Origin: Candidatus Staskawiczbacteria bacterium | GTDB lineage: Bacteria > Patescibacteriota > Minisyncoccia > Minisyncoccales > Staskawiczbacteraceae | Assembly: GCA_026395295.1 (NCBI GenBank) | Contig: JAPLYZ010000010.1 | Span: 5,678-69,677, forward strand | Reading direction: 5' to 3' | DNA length: 64,000 bases | In this document: in pieces, positions 60,429 to 64,000 of the stretch | Position numbering within the stretch: position 1 is the stretch's first letter | Layout: every line of letters begins with the position of its first letter | The notes under the pieces: generated by a model | What the model saw: the letters and a program-made list of their open reading frames with translations, nothing else | Database searches by the model: none | Told to the model about the DNA's origin: nothing | Position numbers and translations under genes: made by a program

Positions 60429-62968
60429 TATTTTGGTGGGTTAACTACCAACTCAAATGTTTCAGGGCTAATTTCAAACTTATCGCCTTTTTTTATCTTG
60501 TCAGACAAAAGGGCCTGGGCAACAGCGCTTTCCACTTTATCTTGGACAACTCTCCTCATTTCCCTGGCGCCATAGGCCGGCTTGTAGGACAATTCAACAA
60601 TTTTTTCTCTCAAGGGTTCTGTAATTTCAAAAATAATATCTTTTTCAGCCAAACTTTTTTGCAACCCTTGCAGAGAAAGCTGAGCTATCTTCATTAAGTT
60701 GTCCTTTGTCAAAGGATGGAAAATTACCGTGGCGTCAAAACGGTTGACAAATTCTGGCCTAAAAATATTTTTCTCAAAAAGCTCGTCTAACAATTTATCT
60801 TTTTCCAATTTTTGGTTAGACTCCACTTGTTTGAAAATTATATTTGCGCCCGCGTTTGACGTACAAATAATTATAGTACTGGCAAAAACAACTTTTCTGC
60901 CCTGCCCGTCAGTGATGTGACCCTCATCTAAAACCTGTAAAAATAAGTTTAAAATGTTTGGATGGGCCTTTTCAACTTCATCAAGCAAAATTAAAGAAAA
61001 CGGAGTTTCCCGCACCGGCGTTGTCAAAAGCCCCTGCATTTCCACCGGGCTTACGGCTCCAATTAGTCGAGGTATGTCGGAAACTTCTTGGAACTCCGAC
61101 ATATCAAGCCGTATCATCTTTTTTTCCGAACCAAAATAAATCTGCGCCAATGCTTTTGCTGTTTCTGTTTTTCCCACGCCGGTAGGCCCTAAAAATAAAA
61201 ATGTGCCCATGGGCCTTGTTTTTGATGCAATGCCCATTCTTGCCCTCCTCATGGCAATTGAAATTTCGCTTACAGCCTCTTCCTGGTTGACAATTCTGTT
61301 GTGAATTAAATTTTCCAAATTAAGCAGAACTTCTTTTTCCCTAACCTCCATTTTCCCGACAGGTATGTCTGTTTTTTTGGAAATAATTTCCGCTATATGG
61401 TGAGGCAAAACAACTTTTTCTTTTAATTTTTGAACATAGACAACTGACTCGTCCAAAACATCCAACGCTTTTCTTGGGAACGGCAGGCTCGGCATATATC
61501 TTGCGGTCAAATTAACTATTTCGCGGATGCTGGGGTACAAAACCAAAACTTTGTGGGCATATTCTAGTTCCAATGCCGCTGATTGCAAAATATTTATTGT
61601 TTCTGACTCGGTAACTTCGGGAACTTCAACTTTCTGGAAAAAATTAGCAAAAGAAGAGATTCTTTCTATATCTTTGTGAAGGCCTTCGTAAGATGTTATA
61701 CCGACAAATTGGAAACTTGGTATGGGCAGATATTTGGAAAGCACTCCGGAAATGTCAAAAGCTCCGGCTTTTTGCACTTTTTGACCAACAAAATTTTCCA
61801 GGTCGTCAATAACCAAAATCACGCTTCCCGATGAAGCCACTTCGGCAAAAATTTGGTCAAGCGTAGACTCTAATTTTTCAAAATTTGGGACCTGAGCTGA
61901 AAGCAAAACAGGATCAAGCTCTACAACCCTTTTATTATTTAATTGCGGCAACGATGTTCCCAAATAACATTTCTGGGCAAGCGCTTCAATTATGCTTTTT
62001 CTGCCTGTGCCAGGGTCGCCAACAATCAAAACATTAGCATAACTGGACTTAGCCAAAATCATTTCTGTTTGTTCTATTTCTTTTTTATGCCCTATAATTT
62101 CCCTAAATCTCCATTTTGAAACAACCTTGCGCCAATCGGTTGAAAATTCGTCTAACGTTATTGTATATCCGGAAGAAAAATCTTTGCCCATGGACCCTTT
62201 TCTCAATAAATTTTCGCGAGTCCAGAATCTCTTGGTTTTTTCTTCCAGGTCTTCGGCGGAGTCTAACCATATGGCTAAATTTTCAACATCTTCTGACTTT
62301 AAATCAGACTCAACTAATATCTTTTTGAAAAATTCGTCTTCCTTTGCCAACCCCGCTAAAATTTCTTTCTCGCCAATACTGCCATGCTGTCTTTCGGTCG
62401 AAACTTCAAGAGCTAATTCTATTGTTTTCTGAAAATCCTCTGAAAAACTTCCAACCTTGTTGTTTTTTGGAATTTTTTCTAAATAATTTTTAATGTTAGC
62501 CTGCAATTTTTTAGGGCTTAGTCCTAATCTAAAACAAATTAAATCAATATCTTTGCTAAACTTCACGGCAGAATAAAAAAGGGATGCGGAACTAACCGCA
62601 ATTTTTTTCTTTTTACAAAAATCTATGGCGTCCAAAACAATCTTTGCCACGTCGAAGCTTAAAAGTTCGGCTAAATTATAATCATCGGGCTTCTCTGCCG
62701 CATCACTAAGACTAACCACAGCCCCCGGACGACGGATTTTTAGCTCTGTGAACAAATTGATATTCCAAAAAACAAGCCACAAAGAAAAAAATAGCGCCAC
62801 TGTCTTTGCTCCAGATTGCCCAAAAGAAAATCCCGCGCATAAAAAAGACAAAACAAACAAAAACAAAAAAATGTTTTTTAGAATTTTAGCAAATCTGAAC
62901 AATGGGAAATTTCCCCTCTTTACAGCACGGAAAACATTGGTGTCTTTTATATTAAAATTAAATGACAT
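60428..62968 (-). CDS. Membrane-anchored ClpB/ClpC-like AAA+ ATPase with degenerate first nucleotide-binding domain
   Basis: Start at MSFNF (ATG 62968). Two TM helices and Clp-N-like repeats. NBD1 has GDPGTGRKS and VIDDLE. NBD2 is canonical with GPTGVGKTE and LLDEVEKAH. Confidence 0.7.
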   Translation of the reverse strand: MSFNFNIKDTNVFRAVKRGNFPLFRFAKILKNIFLFLFVLSFLCAGFSFGQSGAKTVALFFSLWLVFWNINLFTELKIRRPGAVVSLSDAAEKPDDYNLAELLSFDVAKIVLDAIDFCKKKKIAVSSASLFYSAVKFSKDIDLICFRLGLSPKKLQANIKNYLEKIPKNNKVGSFSEDFQKTIELALEVSTERQHGSIGEKEILAGLAKEDEFFKKILVESDLKSEDVENLAIWLDSAEDLEEKTKRFWTRENLLRKGSMGKDFSSGYTITLDEFSTDWRKVVSKWRFREIIGHKKEIEQTEMILAKSSYANVLIVGDPGTGRKSIIEALAQKCYLGTSLPQLNNKRVVELDPVLLSAQVPNFEKLESTLDQIFAEVASSGSVILVIDDLENFVGQKVQKAGAFDISGVLSKYLPIPSFQFVGITSYEGLHKDIERISSFANFFQKVEVPEVTESETINILQSAALELEYAHKVLVLYPSIREIVNLTARYMPSLPFPRKALDVLDESVVYVQKLKEKVVLPHHIAEIISKKTDIPVGKMEVREKEVLLNLENLIHNRIVNQEEAVSEISIAMRRARMGIASKTRPMGTFLFLGPTGVGKTETAKALAQIYFGSEKKMIRLDMSEFQEVSDIPRLIGAVSPVEMQGLLTTPVRETPFSLILLDEVEKAHPNILNLFLQVLDEGHITDGQGRKVVFASTIIICTSNAGANIIFKQVESNQKLEKDKLLDELFEKNIFRPEFVNRFDATVIFHPLTKDNLMKIAQLSLQGLQKSLAEKDIIFEITEPLREKIVELSYKPAYGAREMRRVVQDKVESAVAQALLSDKIKKGDKFEISPETFELVVNPPK

Positions 62969-63353
62969 TTGAGAATGTAAAAATAAATCCCGCAATAATA
63001 ATAAATGGAACCAACAACCACAATAAAAAAATAACCAGCCCGGAAAAAATGACAAAAATTTGGAATACGACCCCAACAGCAATTAAAACTATTCTCATTA
63101 TCGCCCCAAGAAATCTTGAAAACATATTGGAAATAAGAGTGGTAAAAAATTCGCCCACGTCAAATCCTCTTGGATAATTCCACTTATATTTTCGCCACGG
63201 GGCAACCAAAGATTTCAGCAGAACCGGCAAAGAAAAATAGTTCAGAGCAAATAAAATATAATTTTTCCAAACTCCAAGCAAAAACTTCGGCATCTCGTAG
63301 AAATGCCACAAAAACCATAGAACGAATATATTTTCTTTTTGCGCTGATTCCAT
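62958..63353 (-). CDS. Hypothetical membrane protein
   Basis: 131 aa, 3-4 TM helices. Overlaps the Clp-like gene start by 11 nt. Confidence 0.4.
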   Translation of the reverse strand: MESAQKENIFVLWFLWHFYEMPKFLLGVWKNYILFALNYFSLPVLLKSLVAPWRKYKWNYPRGFDVGEFFTTLISNMFSRFLGAIMRIVLIAVGVVFQIFVIFSGLVIFLLWLLVPFIIIAGFIFTFSNVI

Positions 63354-63370
63354 TTTTTTATTTTACCACA

Positions 63371-63458
63371 TTTGTCATTCCCGCGAAAGCGGGAATCCAG
63401 GAATGTCTCTATTCACTCTGGATCTCCGCTTCCGCGGAGATGACATTCTGCGTCATTC
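63371..63458. repeat. REP-like double-hairpin element
   Basis: ATTCCCGC-gaaa-GCGGGAAT (63377-63396) and ATCTCCGC-ttcc-GCGGAGAT (63422-63441), flanked by GTCATTC repeats. Confidence 0.75.
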
Positions 63459-63850
63459 AACAGCTCTTGGCGGATGTCATCAGGGACAGGGATTGCTTCG
63501 CCGGGCTTGGAAATGCCAGGATAACGCCATGCGCTGATTATTTTTCTTGTAGCAACTTCAGCCACTTTCACATCTTTGAACATTAGCCAAATTTCCCCCG
63601 GAGCTCTTGCCCGCCTAAATGCGATAGCTTTTGGCGGGTTGCCCATCTTTCTGTTTCCAAACAACGAACCTGTTTTATTCCCGAATTTCTTATTAGTTTT
63701 CATCACGGCTGAAGTTCCGGGCACAATTCCCTGCTCTTTTCTCTCCGGCTTGTAAAGTATGCCAAGCAATTTTTGCTTTGAAAGCCCATACTGCTTCATT
63801 TTTATTTTAGAATGCTCCGTCCAAAAAAGTTTTCCGAAATTTGTCGCCAT
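63413..63850 (-). CDS. Hypothetical protein whose C-terminus reads into a REP-like repeat
   Basis: 145 aa, basic. The last ~15 codons (AECHLRGSGDPE) are encoded by the palindromic element at 63371-63458. Confidence 0.4.
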   Translation of the reverse strand: MATNFGKLFWTEHSKIKMKQYGLSKQKLLGILYKPERKEQGIVPGTSAVMKTNKKFGNKTGSLFGNRKMGNPPKAIAFRRARAPGEIWLMFKDVKVAEVATRKIISAWRYPGISKPGEAIPVPDDIRQELLNDAECHLRGSGDPE

Positions 63851-63860
63851 TTTTCCTGTG

Positions 63861-63932
63861 TGGACAGTACAGGGATCGAACCTGTCACCTCTCCGATGTG
63901 AACGGAGCGTTCTACCACTGAACTAACTGTCC
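63861..63932 (-). tRNA. tRNA-Val (anticodon CAC)
   Basis: Hand-folded. GGACAGT/ACTGTCC acceptor, GTTC/GAAC D stem, anticodon loop TTCACAT, T arm ACAGG-TTCGATC-CCTGT. 72 nt. Confidence 0.9.
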
Positions 63933-64000
63933 ATTTAATAATCTTAACATTTTTATAAAAAAATACAAAAAAAAGACCCTCAAAGTTTGCACCTTTTGGG

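Noticed and set aside
1-64000. Search for CRISPR arrays, rRNA genes, prophage structural modules and transposase genes
   Set aside because: No spaced direct-repeat arrays, no rRNA-like conserved blocks, and no capsid, terminase or transposase-like ORFs were seen. The mobile-looking content is limited to the recombinase, the LAGLIDADG ORF, hicBA and the small repeats reported above.

Overview
64-kb fragment of a low-G+C, gene-dense bacterial chromosome. From gene content it looks like an uncultivated Patescibacteria/CPR-type organism: a short HrcA, many membrane-anchored orphan proteins, HlyD/MacB pumps, a dcw cell-wall cluster and very sparse metabolism. That taxonomic placement is inference only. 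I annotate 68 CDS and 3 tRNAs (Lys-UUU, Ala-GGC, Val-CAC) and saw no rRNA or CRISPR array. Housekeeping content: xseAB, an ECF sigma factor, three HlyD-linked efflux/ABC systems, msrA, hrcA-grpE and dnaK-dnaJ, gltX, murG-ftsW-murD, uppS, rpmA, pyrG, rplI, prmC, rplU, rmuC and a ClpB-like ATPase. Main second-look items follow. (1) The 11-mer ATTGTGCGACA occurs at least 8 times exactly. All copies are on the sense strand of local genes, and its polarity flips where gene orientation converges at a Xer-like recombinase gene (about 26.6-28.3 kb). This suggests a polar architecture, uptake or regulatory word and a possible replication terminus with a dif-like site. (2) Seven visibly G+C-richer patches sit in the low-GC backbone. 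Together they carry the AIR-to-IMP half of purine synthesis: a divergent purH, an animal-PAICS-like purC-purE(class II) fusion, and purB. They also carry a pilin-like gene inserted into the dcw cluster and several orphan ORFs, and several patches have a recognisable promoter and/or hairpin terminator. (3) A 105-115 bp structured MITE-like repeat occurs three times in operon spacers, and several GC-rich palindromic units are embedded in-frame in coding sequences (MFS loop, GrpE, DnaK, PrmC). (4) A PP-loop domain is fused to MurD (MurL/MurD2-like hypothesis). (5) A NOX-like flavocytochrome is paired with an anchored cytochrome b5. (6) A 7-gene operon couples a HlyD/MacB pump to a VirD4/TraD-like ATPase. 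All function calls rest on motif-level reading of the translations. No database search was run.
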